DNA of 64,000 bases, from the NCBI RefSeq assembly GCF_004010195.1, contig NC_057719.1, positions 70,153,728-70,217,727 on the forward strand. The letters are read 5' to 3'. The position numbers and the translations under genes are program-made. Source of the DNA: Chiloscyllium plagiosum. Its lineage: Eukaryota. Position 1 is the first letter of the stretch. Every line of letters begins with the position of its first letter. This document shows, piece by piece, positions 40,701-52,177 of the stretch. The notes under the pieces were generated by a model. That model searched no databases. It had not been told where the DNA came from and worked only from the letters and a program-made list of their open reading frames with translations.

Positions 40701-43700
40701 TGAATGGTTCCTAACTAATAATTTTAACAAAGTTTCAAAATATTACAAAGTTAAGCAAATTACTCATTATTCACTTTGACAAGTTTTGATAGTTCACAGC
40801 TAACAATATTTAATCTTTATATCTATAGTATTAGTACATTGAGAAGGCCTATAACTGAGCTATGGTTCCTGATGGGGGTGGGAAGAGTAGAAGAGAGAGA
40901 CACAATGTGGATTAAAAATTATGCCATTTTCAAGAAAAACATCAATGTCAAGACAATTTCCATTTAAAAATGTATCATCAAAAGTCGTTAGTTAAAATTT
41001 TACAAGTTAGCACTGAATTTGTGATGCTACTCAAAGACAAAAAAAAGAAGTTTTTGTTTCACAGAATTCACAATTCAATACAACAATGACAAGCAGTAAA
41101 TGCAATTTTTAAAAAAATTTAAATTAAGATGGGGCACTTGATAGCAATTATTGGCTTCGCAGTCTGAACGTGAGGAAATTACTTTCATATTCAGTGTCTT
41201 GCTTTAAATCCACTCATTTTTTTTTCTCACGCAAGCTACTGCTGGAATGACTCATTAATTCAAGATTTTTTTTAAATGCACCTACCCCTTGGGTAAACAA
41301 TTTGTGCTGAAACAGAACCCAAGCGATGACCAGAGCCAATTCAAAAAAGTACACCATGGTCTTCTCCCTACTACCCCTCATTCCCAAATTATATCAGAGT
41401 CCATTCAAATAAGCTCAAATAACAAGACACACATTATTCCACTCTCCCAAGTAAACAGCAGAAACATGATTTTTCACTTCTTTTAATAAGATTAAATTCT
41501 AAAATCAGGATTATTGTTAAGTTAACTTAGAAATGAGGGTGCATTGGACTTAATTTTAACCCCCCATGTGGGATAAAAAGAAGTGAAAATTTTTTAAACC
41601 CAAACCTAACCCACCTCTAAATGAGTGGACTACAACAAAAATGATGTGAGAACTACTCAGCAGAAGAGGCATGAGCTTTTTCAATGCCTTTTGTGGGTCA
41701 GGAAGAGTGTTTCTGCCCAGGTAAGTCTATTTCCCACTCCATACAATCATCCTCTATCTATTTTCACTGACAGACCCAACCAGACCAACCAATTTGCCCT
41801 CCCAATCTCTTAGTCTAATCTCTCTCAACCTTCCAAACCTTACAGTACTCAACCTCATTCACAATTACAATTCTCAGTTGTTCTTGAGCTGCACTCTTCT
41901 GGAGTGTCAGTACCCAGGACGGCAATTTTTTCATAAAGCTGGCTTCCCCTAGGGGACTTTCAGATTTTGCAAACTGAACTCTTCATCCTTACTTGGAAAT
42001 CCCAGTAAATATCAGGACCCTCATAGCAGTTATTCCAACTTCAATATTTCAGCAGTCTGGACTACAAACCTAAAATAACAGCTATTTTAATTAATGTATT
42101 CCGCCTGTGTGTTCATGTTAATACAGAATTAAAATCTTTAGAGGAATAGAATAAAATACAGTGCTGCAATTTTAAAAGTGCATCATTTACTGAATTAATA
42201 GTTATTTGTTTGAACAGCAAATAAAGTAATGCACATTAAATCCTTTTTTTATTTTAACTGATCATTTATCTCACTACCAAAGCACAATTCATAACAGCTA
42301 GATATTTCACCTAAATTATTAGAATCTTTTTTATTCTGAAAGTTTTATACGTGTTACCGTAACTTAGGTTCTGAGTTATAAATTATATGCTACTCAATTT
42401 TATTTTATCACATGCATTCACTATAGTTGATTCTGGAAATTATCTCCCGCTTAAAACATACATTTTTCATGCACTTTTAATGAATTACTAGTGTTCCTGT
42501 ATGCCACCATAGTTGTCACATTGTAATTTTCATTGCATTTTATCCCAAACCTCCAACATATTGCACTGATGCTTTGTCTTTTATTTCTCAATTCTGACAA
42601 AGAAAATCTTTTGTGCAGAAGAAAGTAACTCTTTAAATCCATCTACACCAGTCACATGACCAACAGCTGCCATGTAAGAATTGTCAGTATGAGCAGCTGG
42701 CAAGTTACTATATGGCAACAAATCCCCTCACTATCTCGATTTGTGCTGTGCTTTAACACTTAAATATCAAGAATCTTTTGTGATTTTGAAAGGTTGGCAG
42801 CTCTTTGAGATAATTATCAAGTAAGCTGGCAATGGGATGAATAATCTTAAGAAGTTAAGATGTGCACACATCAGAACTCTATATAATTGCTTTTGTTTTT
42901 CTTTAACCATCTTTTGACATCCCATTGGCTACGTTGCAATAAAATATTTTGAGCATCTATATATTCAACATGTGATAATACTGTTGCAATTCAAAGCTAT
43001 CAAAATTTTGAGGACTTTGTTAATAGTTTGAGCAGGCATTCTCTGCATCTCTTAAAATGTTCATTTTCTGCAATTCAACATCTGTACTTCTGATACGTTA
43101 TTTTATTAGAAAGATGGGTCAGGAAATATAATATACGAAGGGCATTAATTAATTCACAATAGTTTTAGCAAGTTTTTTTAAAAAGTAAAATCAATCTTTC
43201 TGGAATCCTCAGAGACTTCAACATTGCATACTGCTCATAATTTGCATTAGCAGAAAAGAGATACATTAATAAAGCATTTGGTTATGCACAAACATGGTAT
43301 AATCATAATTTTCTGCATCAGAACATACAGGAAAATCACTTTAAAGAATGGCAAATTTAGTTAATAATAGCCCATAATTTTTAAAATCAAAATGGAATAT
43401 TTTTGAAATATATATGCAAAGGATTTTAAAACAATTATATAATTGCATGAAAAAAGTGTTTAAATCAGTTACATGTCTTTAATAATTTTTTTTTGACAGA
43501 ATTATTCAATAACTTGAAGTTAACATATTGAAAATGAACAAGATGTCAAGACTAGCACACACAGAGTCAGTTACATTTCAATATAGATCCTTTCCTTTCA
43601 GGTCATTACTTTGGTCAGCTAGGTAATTCAATGTCACATATGACAAAACAAGATTTCTATATACTGTTCCATGCTTCAAACTATAACTACGCTTTTTGGT

Positions 43701-46700
43701 TATATTTCCAAACAAAATTAGAAAGGGAACAAAATGTTCTGTGTATTTTTTAAACAAATAAATTAATCACCTCAGAAAAGTTATTCAGGTGTGTGTAGCC
43801 ATTAATTGAAGTGGTAAATTCTGTATTCTATTTTTAAAACAATAAACCAATATTATTGTAGCATATCAAAAAAGTGGATTTGACCCAATCAGCAGACTGT
43901 AATTTTTTTAAAAATGGTGGCGAGGTTTTCAACAAATTCTTCAGATTACTTTTGAATTTACATAACTTTCATTATCCCACAAAATGAAAAAAGTATGGAA
44001 TACAGTGTGGCAAAGAGCACTATGTGCATATTTAAGGATGACCAGAAGAACTGATAAATACCTCGAGTTGACTAGTAGTCATGAAATTAAATGTTATTCA
44101 TATCATACTATTATCCAACAGTCTGCCCACTATTGCAAATTTGTGAAAGCACTTCTATAAAAAATTTTTTTACAGTAGTACAATGAACAATATGCAGCAA
44201 TAATAAAAGAGACTTGCATTTATATAGCACTTTTCACAATCACCGGATATCTCAGTGTTCCACAGCCAATGAAGCACATTTGAAATGTAGTCACTGCTGT
44301 AATGCAGGAAACGTGCCAGTATGTGCACATCAAACTACCTCCAAAACCAATGTGATAATGACTAGACTTTCTAAATTCTTTCACAGTAGTGAAAGCATTG
44401 CTGGCTAGGTTTGATGTTGATAGAGGGATTTTTAAAATATATATATAATGCTCTCCACTTGGTTATTTCAGCTGCCTTGAAAACTTATCAAGTGCCACTA
44501 CTGTGAGAATATCAACCACAAAATGTATATCTAATAAACAAAGAAGAAATGAATTTTTCCATTAAATATTTCTTTAAATGTTCAGACTGTGATCTTAATG
44601 ATATCCACTTAAGGACTTACACTAAGTAGATCGGTGAAAGCAGGCATGGACATGCATGTACCTTTATTACATGCTCAATGGAATAGGAAGATAGCAATTT
44701 CTATCTACAGTCTTTATTTTCTTGAATAATATGTGCTAATTGCAACAAAGAGAGAAATCTACCTTTACAACAACAGTCCCATTAAGGTACATTATGACTG
44801 GCTCTGGTTCTCGCAAACAGGCCTGTATTATTTGGCTTGCAGTTCATCATCCTGTAATACTGTTGCAATTAAGAAATATTTCAATGGCTCAGTTATTTCA
44901 TGTTGTATGAAACCAAAACTATCTACTTTAAAAAGCACACCAGAAATCAACACACGAATTTTCATAGTTAAAAATAGAACAAGATGAATTGTTTCAAAAG
45001 TACACATGTATTTCAGTGGGAGCCATCGCTGATAACCAAAGCACCCACATGGACATTATATTTTGCCAAATACATCACTATAAAATGAGGAGCAATTCTA
45101 CACTGGGCAGTAGTTATTAGAAATTGTTTCTGGTTACGCTATTTTTTTTAGTACAACATGCAACAGAGGGAGAAATCTCAACTAGGAAAGGTACACCCCG
45201 AAGGAGGAAATACATGAGTCATGAAAGCTCATTTATACATCAGCCTGTTTTAAAATCAAATTATTTTTGGTGATGTTGTTAAACATTCAAATATTTCAAT
45301 AGTCCACAGTGCAGAAATTGAATGCTGACATTTTGTTTTAACGTGATAACGAAATTCAACCAATATCAGAGAACAAGCTGGAAGCATACTGCAAATGTAA
45401 TTGAAAGTATAGCAATAAGGATGCTGTACTGAATCCTTCAATGAGAGACAATATGTACTTTGTGCATGGAGGCAGAACGATACCTTTCCCATTACATAGC
45501 GAGTGAGAAATGATTGTGTAAACCCCAAATTAAAATTATCAGCTGTGTATCTACGCCCTGAATTATAAAGCCGGCATTTCGCTCCAAAGCGCGCACACAC
45601 ACACACAGCTGCAGGCTTTATTATTCAATGGGGAATAAACTCGGATTCAGACTGGTACACACACTGCTGCACGTGTTGCACAGAATGCTTGTGGCCGCAC
45701 AGTTTGTCTTCCTGTCTGTGTGCATTTGTGGTTCCTGAAGGCTGGAAGGAAACCACAGGTATCTGCTGTGAGGAGGAATGCCAAGATCTCAGAAAATTCA
45801 GGCGATGGTGGTCAAATAGGAGCATTCCAGCTAATTACAAGGGTACACTGATCGCATCTAACTTATCGCAGATATGAAGTAACTAGTCAAAGGCGCAGCA
45901 TTACTCTCACGTTATAATGCACGCATCAAATTCGTATAAGCTTGGAGGCTTTCTACAGCGCACTACCTACAATTTCAGATTTGAGAACAAACTGCAGCCG
46001 TCAATGGCTCTGTTTTGGATTGGGTACAAGTAGAATTTACTAAAGCCTGTTTATTTTCCTAAAACTGCTGTTCCTCGATTTGAAAAAAGAAACCCTCAAA
46101 ATTAAGAAAGTGTGTCCCGCAATCCTCGCTGGTCAGGTGCAGGGAAATAAGCCCCTTTCCTTCCTGAGAAATAACAGCAGCACTACACCAGCTGTCCCAG
46201 TTAGATCAGGGAATCCATTCATCTCATTGGATACGAAGCAGCTCTCCAAAAGCAGCTTACTTATTCAAAGACCTTTTTAGTCATCAAGCCACTGATTTTT
46301 AATTTAGCTCGTTCCACGTCAGTCACATCCCAAAGCTGAATGAATGACAAAACTAAAGGGTGCAGCCAGCCCCGGGTTCCTGCCAAGCGCGAGCTCTGGC
46401 GATCCCATTCATCATAATTATCAGCAGACAACCTCAAATTGGTTTCAGCAATTCCTGTTTAGGACAAAAGTTCTTTTCGCGCACAGTTTGCGCAATAAAA
46501 TCAGATCACAGAGATCAGCTGATAACCCTGCTACAGCTTGCGATTTTTTTTTATGGATTATATATTTATGTCAAAAGTACGCACTGGCTGTTTTCCCTCC
46601 CTTGCCTCGCGCTCAACTTTGTATTACAGAGAGAAAATAACTACAATTCAAGCACAAAATCAGTTTCGCGGTTCATTTGCAAATAAACAAAAAAGCAACA

Positions 46701-46900
46701 AACATATTTTTCAAAAGATTCTCTAAGCACGACCACACAACATTGAAAACTGACAGTGGGCGCGATCAAATACATTAGTCACTCTTTCCGAACAAGATCT
46801 TGAACCCGTCCTCTGTATTGCATTGACAGCATCCTCCAAATATTTAAAGGAATCCTTCCCCTTTCCTCTCAGCTGTGAGTCTGAGCCCGCTGTCACCTAC

Positions 46901-47044
46901 CTGGGTAGAAATCTTTGGATTTGGACAGTTTGATCGTGGCACCAGTCTCTTTCTGCAGTTGGACAATGGTTTGTCCTCCCTTTCCAATAATAGATCCGGC
47001 AGCATAGCTAGGTATAAGGACTTTTAAAAAATATTGGCCGTCTT
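46901..47044 (-). CDS. NOVA1: NOVA1 coding exon 2, first part of KH1 ([48 protein letters not shown])
   Basis: Acceptor CGTTTTCCTTTCGCAG|AA, donor CCAG|GTAGGT; 144 nt; frame continues from exon 1 (G+AA = Glu); contains the KH GxxG loop IIGKGG. Absent from the ORF track. Confidence 0.97.
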
Positions 47045-48354
47045 CTGCGAAAGGAAAACGAATAGATTATTGCAAATAACAGATCCCCACCAAAAATCAC
47101 GATCCCTTCCACAACCATTCACCTATCCACCCACCACAAACCCCTGCGATACTCTATCCCTGGTAAAATGGAATAATCATTAATCAGTATATGTTGTCGT
47201 GCAAGAAAAAGCTCCTTAAAAAACACTCTATGCAGTACATTATTAAATTTGCCTAAACTATTGGACATTACAAAAGAAACGGATACTGTATGCCAAACGC
47301 CACAAAAATAAATGACATTTTGTGATGCAGAGGGAGAGAGTGCCTCTGCGTACCCATGTTTAGAAGGATTTTGAATAATGTATCAGAAGATGATGACAGT
47401 CGTGGTTTCCATGGTGATCGTGAATTTGTAATTGACCTATAAAACCGCGCTGTTTGCGTGTAGCGTAGTTAAATATCTCCACATACCGCACTATGTCAAT
47501 AAATAAACGCAGTTTAATCGAGAACAACTCTCTGCTGCAACTGTACTGATTACTTACTATTTGCTGACTTTTAGACACAAGATACGAACATAATTAGCAA
47601 CTACACGTGAATGAATCAGTGATCCTTCTTTCGGTGTGGAAAGAAAAATGACAGCCCTCTCTCCAGAACTTGGATTGTACGCCCGATCCCCCAACAGTGA
47701 CTAGTCACAGCACAATAACAGATACGCCGCAGAACAATCCCCAGCTTTGCGCAGACGGTGTTATTAAAGAACAATGATCACTTTAAGCTCATTAATTAAA
47801 GGATCACTTCACTTTAAGTCAATGTCTGTTTTCTTTCTGACACTTGTCAGGTAACACTGTCAGTAACAAAAGGCGAACAAGCGAGAACGGCGACAATACA
47901 CCGCGACAGTGACACAAAAACAAATCAAGATTGTTGATCAACAGAATATACAACCCCCCCCAAAAAAAACAATGCACGATGACGATCAATCACACAAACG
48001 CACAAGCTTTTGGCTCACCACAAAGACCATTAATCGCAATGCTCCGTCCTTCCTAACCACCTATTATTAAAATGTAATAAACGCTGGAAAGTGAGCTCCG
48101 CTCCTCATCCCACAGCTCAAAATTAGAACAGTTTCTGGCCAGTTCAAGTCCACCCCGCCGCACTTGCCAATATTTCCTACCATCCAAGACCCGGGAGGCA
48201 AGATCAATTATTGGAAGAAGAAAGAAAGTCACAAATAATACAAAAAAAAATATTTTTAATGGCTTGCAGAACAGAACAGACGCCATTTTCAAAGGGCTTC
48301 TATATATTTCTATATATGTAAGCAAAGCTACGGAGAAGAAATGGTGCTACCCAC
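47045..48354 (-). other. NOVA1: NOVA1 intron 1 (1310 nt, GT-AG)
   Basis: Bounded by the exon 1 donor and the exon 2 acceptor; CpG-enriched; no recognisable TE. Confidence 0.93.
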
Positions 48355-48490
48355 CGCCAGTGTTGGTTCTCTTGGTGTTGCCCGCCTCAGGAGGAGCTTC
48401 GAGCGGCCGCTTTCTGGAGTCGGGGGGATCCAGGTCTATGGGAAGCCCGGTGTGGGTCCCGTTCTGCTGGATGGGAGCTGCCGCCATCAT
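48355..48490 (-). CDS. NOVA1: NOVA1 coding exon 1 (MMAAAPIQQNGTHTGLPIDLDPPDSRKRPLEAPPEAGNTKRTNTG + 1 nt)
   Basis: Translation matches the vertebrate NOVA1 N-terminus as I recall it (includes the RKRP basic motif). ATG at 48490-48488; 136 nt; ends at phase-1 donor G|GTGGGT (intron starts 48354). Confidence 0.96.
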
Positions 48491-48547
48491 GATGAGGATG
48501 AAGATGAGGAGAATGAGGGTGTTATTGTTGATGTTTTGTGGGCTCTC

Positions 48548-48572
48548 AGAGAGAGAGAGAAAGAGAGAGAGA
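48548..48572. repeat. Interrupted (GA)n microsatellite, (UC)n in the probable NOVA1 5' UTR
   Basis: AGAGAGAGAGAGAAAGAGAGAGAGA just upstream of the ATG. Confidence 0.85.
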
Positions 48573-48589
48573 TGCGCTGATAGGGCCAA

Positions 48590-49000
48590 GCAAGGGAAAG
48601 GGAAAGGGTAGGGGGAGAGGGGAGGGGGGCAGGGATGGGGAGGAGGTCAGAGGTCACGCAATCCCACCCCCCTCCAAAGTCTAACCCCGCCCCCTCCACC
48701 CAACACGCCTGATTGGCAGCAGCATTGAGCCAATAGACACCGAGCTTGGCTCAGCCAAAGCCTTGCCCAGTGCCACCGGCCTCCAATCCGCTCGGCCCTG
48801 GTGCGGGACATCCGCCAATGGTGTGAGGTGAACAGTGTTGGGGGTGGGGGCACGGTGCTGGAGAGTGTACCCGTGTGCGGTCTGTCTGTGCCGGGATCTC
48901 TCCGAGAGCGCCGAGCAATCTAAAAGCCGAACCGAGCTTGGCTCGCCAGTGTCATTGCGAGTGCTCGCTGCCCTAACCCGGTTGCACGAGTGCGCTGTGA
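48590..49000 (-). promoter_or_regulatory. Probable NOVA1 TATA-less promoter / 5' UTR region
   Basis: GC box CCCCGCCC at ~48685-48692; ATTGG at 48712-48716; CCAAT at 48730-48734, 48783-48787 and 48815-48819; high CpG density directly upstream of the ATG exon. Transcription start not determinable. Confidence 0.7.
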
Positions 49001-49266
49001 GTGTGCACTCGTTCGCGGATCGCGTGCCCTGAATGCAAGGCAAGTGAGAAGCGGAGCTGCAGCAAGATGCACCCTCAGGGAGGCTGAGTGCAATTCACAG
49101 CACATCGCTCTCCGACTTCAGCACGCTGCTTCCTTCTCCTCTGACTTGCGATGCAAATCCAATCATCACACTTCTCAGAAATAGCCTGGTTCACCAGACT
49201 TAATCAGCAGGAACATCAAATGTTCTCAAAGTAGTTCCACTGACAGCAAATCGTTTATTTACTGGC

Positions 49267-49284
49267 GGGGGGGGGGGGGGGGGG
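49267..49284. repeat. G18 homopolymer
   Basis: Direct reading. Confidence 0.9.
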
Positions 49285-50422
49285 AGTCGAAAGCTGCAAC
49301 AAGTAATGCTGGGACATTTTGAAAATAAAGTATAATTATGTCTATCCATGCCCCATCCTTGTTTGCCTGCCTTATCCTACATGATCTCAGTGAATGAAAC
49401 ATGCAAACGCCCTGCTGCACGGGGGATAAATGTTGCAATTAAGACATCTACCTCTAAAGCTGTACGCTGCTGTCCGAATTTAGCAGAAGTTCTGCAGCAA
49501 TACAATAGTAGTTTTTAATTTTTTTAAAAAGTGTATCAAACTAATTATTTTTTAATGTAGATGATCGATAAATAAAGTCGCTAAATGACTGGCGTTTCGT
49601 CCCAAATTTGAAAATACGAGGACATTCAGTTTCATTTGTACAAAAATGATCTAAACGAAGTATTTTATCGACATATCTTCGAATATAATGAATTCCTTCA
49701 TTGTCTCAGGCACATAGGACACATGATGATATTTTGTTGCTAATTCCATAAAACGTTGCCTACTTTTTAAAAATGTAACAGTATAAATAAAAAGCCGTGC
49801 AAGTAGCGGTTGTGGTATTTATGCCTATGCAATAAGAACAACGTGAGTACTTGAGCCAGGTTGTAGTTTGGTTTCCATGTGTAGTCCTAAAATAAAATGC
49901 TAAAAGATTCTGGAATGGAGCATTAACTGGAAAAGACGCAGAGCGATGTGGAATAGACGTAACAAGTGGAAGGGAGAACAGTTTCAGTAGTCTACCCACG
50001 CTTTATTCGCCCGGAACATCTAACGGTTGTTGTCATTAGGCTTTGAAGTAGAATTGCTTGTGGTGCGACATGACTGGAATATCAATTTATTTCAGCAAAT
50101 CTCCCAATATAAATTCTGTTGAAGTACATGGCATCATGCTTGATTATTATAGGTTTCCCGAATTTGATGTTGGCATCTGCATGTAAAGATATTTATATTC
50201 TATATATGCAATTGCATATTGACATGAATACCAACACAAAACAAGCAAATCGTTGTATTAATAATCCAGTGAATACTAAAACGTTTAATTGTCTGAATTA
50301 AATAAATATTAAGAGAGTGCATTACAAATGACTTGCTGGTCGTCGTTAGAAGTCTGAGCAAAGTGCAGGATGCCCGAACTGTATAGTCTCTTAAATTCTT
50401 TTAATGCGTAACCCAAACCAGA

Positions 50423-50566
50423 AGGGTTCCTGAACCCATTCCTGAAGAAGGGCTTATGCTTGAAACGTCGATTCTCCTGCTCCTCATGCTGCCTGACTTG
50501 CAGCGCTTTTCCAGCAACACATTTTTCAGCTCTGATCTCCAGCATCTGCAGTCCTCACTTTCTCCC
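50423..50566 (+). mobile_element. Solo Penelope-like pLTR with hammerhead core and 13-bp target-site duplication
   Basis: AACCCAAACCAGA at 50410-50422 and 50567-50579; CTGAAGA(50442-50448)-A-GGGC-ttat-GCTT-GAAAC-GTC. Confidence 0.85.
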
Positions 50567-50775
50567 AACCCAAACCAGATGTCAGGATATAAACAGCCAA
50601 TTTGTATTTCAGGTGTCCCAATAATACTCAGAAAATAAATCTTGCAAAAAAAAAGTATGCCAGAAGGAAAGTCATCTTTTGTTCGTTGTTGCTATTGGCC
50701 GTTCTCCAATGAAGATGTCACAGCTGGGGCTGTTGTTTGGCGCGCAAGTGGAGCTGACTGCTACACATCTTTAAT

Positions 50776-50914
50776 AAAAGCAAAACACTGCCGATGCTGG
50801 AGATCTGAAATAAACGAGCCGAAGAAGAATCACGTTAGACTCAAAATGTTAGCTTTGTTTCTCTCTCCCCTGATGCTGCCAGACCTTCTGCGATTTTTCA
50901 GCAATTTATGTTTT
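50776..50914 (+). mobile_element. Older Penelope-like pLTR preceded by an inverted pLTR end
   Basis: GATGCTGGAGATCTGAAATAAA (reverse pLTR end), then decayed CCGAAGAAG..GACTCAAAATGTT..GATGCTGCCAGACCT. Confidence 0.62.
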
Positions 50915-52177
50915 TAAAAGCTTCTGAATCCAAGCACCACAACCAAACTTTGTACATAAGATTCCTTAACGGTTTCTTTTGTCGTATGTTACACAGGTTA
51001 CACTATTTGCGTCAGGTTATACGTAAGAATCTAATTCAGTCACAACTTGAATGTGGCCAGCTCTGATACCATGCGCCAGATTTCTACCTCTTCAGAAATA
51101 GTGGCTTCATCTGTGCTCTGCATCACCTGGTGTAGCCTCGATAGTTGTAGGAATTTTTGTGGTCACTCCCGTTTTTGTACAGGATCACAATAGTTGCATC
51201 ATGCACATTCCGAAGCGGAGACCTCTCCAACAGACACAAAGAAGTTCATGCAGATGCTACGGGAATACCCGCTTCCCACAATTAGTGGGTTCAGGTGGTA
51301 TACCACCAGCACTTGGAGCTCATCCATGGGAAGTGAGCCAGTTGCTCTGCTAAGCTCCTTTAGGTTTCGTTTTTAAGTCAGCCTGTCAAGGGATGTTATA
51401 ATACACCCCTGGAGCAGGTCAGACTTGAACCCGGGGCTCCTGACTCAAAGGTAAGAACACTGCCACTGTTCAACAACCAGCTCTGACATGACAGGATTTC
51501 TCTGGTGTTTCAGTAGAGCATAATGCTCGACCAATTTCTCCAATTTGCAACTGGAAAGGATCTTCCCTGCCTTTGCTGCAAGCACAGGCTCTATTCTTTC
51601 AACTATGGAGAGACTTCTTTTTGTCTGATGGATTTGACAGACCACCTTTGGTTGAACTTTGGACACACACTAATTGACCAATCCTGAAAATATTGACTTT
51701 GGGTTACTGTTCCTTATAGTGTATGGATCAGTAACTACATTTGTTCCTGACTCCTGGGTGCCAGTCCTTCATTTTTTTAAAAATACGTACTACATATCCT
51801 ACTTCCAGAAGCTAGGCTCGTGATGTAAGACAACTCTATGTAGGAATGTTAAAGAAGACATGCATTTGCTGTCTGATTTTCCAAGATGTCAGCAATGGCA
51901 TTACATTATTTCCTTAGAAGATTATAAATGACTTCACCTCTTTAGATTTTGTTATCAAGAATTATGACTGACACAATCTTAAATTAAATCCAACACACTT
52001 AGTGCAAAGTGTAAACAAAATAGATTCAATTAAATCACACAGTTATCGTCAGGTGATCAAATCTCTGCTGTAAGTAATGATAGCAGACCACTTGTCTTCA
52101 AGAACAGATTTCATTGCGGTGATTTTAGTCTTGAACCAATCAACAGCTATGGATTGATAGAATGTGTACAATAACCA

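Larger units (their letters stand above)
1..46900 (-). other. NOVA1: NOVA1 intron 2 (partial, at least 46.9 kb; continues off the left edge)
   Basis: Begins at the GTAGGT donor at 46900. I did not recognise exon 3 (expected TTERVCLIQG...EMPQ) in the window; my scan was not exhaustive. Confidence 0.75.
45550..49250. promoter_or_regulatory. CpG-enriched (island-like) domain over the NOVA1 promoter and exons 1-2
   Basis: Visibly frequent CG dinucleotides against CpG-depleted flanks; boundaries by eye. Confidence 0.7.

Noticed and set aside
42411..44660. RBFOX UGCAUG motifs on the sense strand (42411, 42468, 44651)
   Set aside because: More than 2 kb from any identified exon and compatible with chance frequency.
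1..46900. NOVA1 exon 3 or a nested gene in intron 2
   Set aside because: Candidate matches to the expected EMPQ codons (e.g. ~26026, ~29354, ~38392, ~45572) failed in flanking codons; the short ORFs show no domains. A tBLASTn with full NOVA1 would be decisive.
48491..48589. N-terminal extension MALSAHL...LILLIFILI of the ORF-track protein (signal-peptide-like)
   Set aside because: Starts at TTG and is translation of (TC)n/(TCA)n low-complexity 5' UTR; the recognisable NOVA1 sequence starts at ATG 48490.
48264..48611. Plus-strand ORFs of 115 and 79 aa
   Set aside because: Antisense shadows of NOVA1 exon 1 and simple repeats; no recognisable domain.
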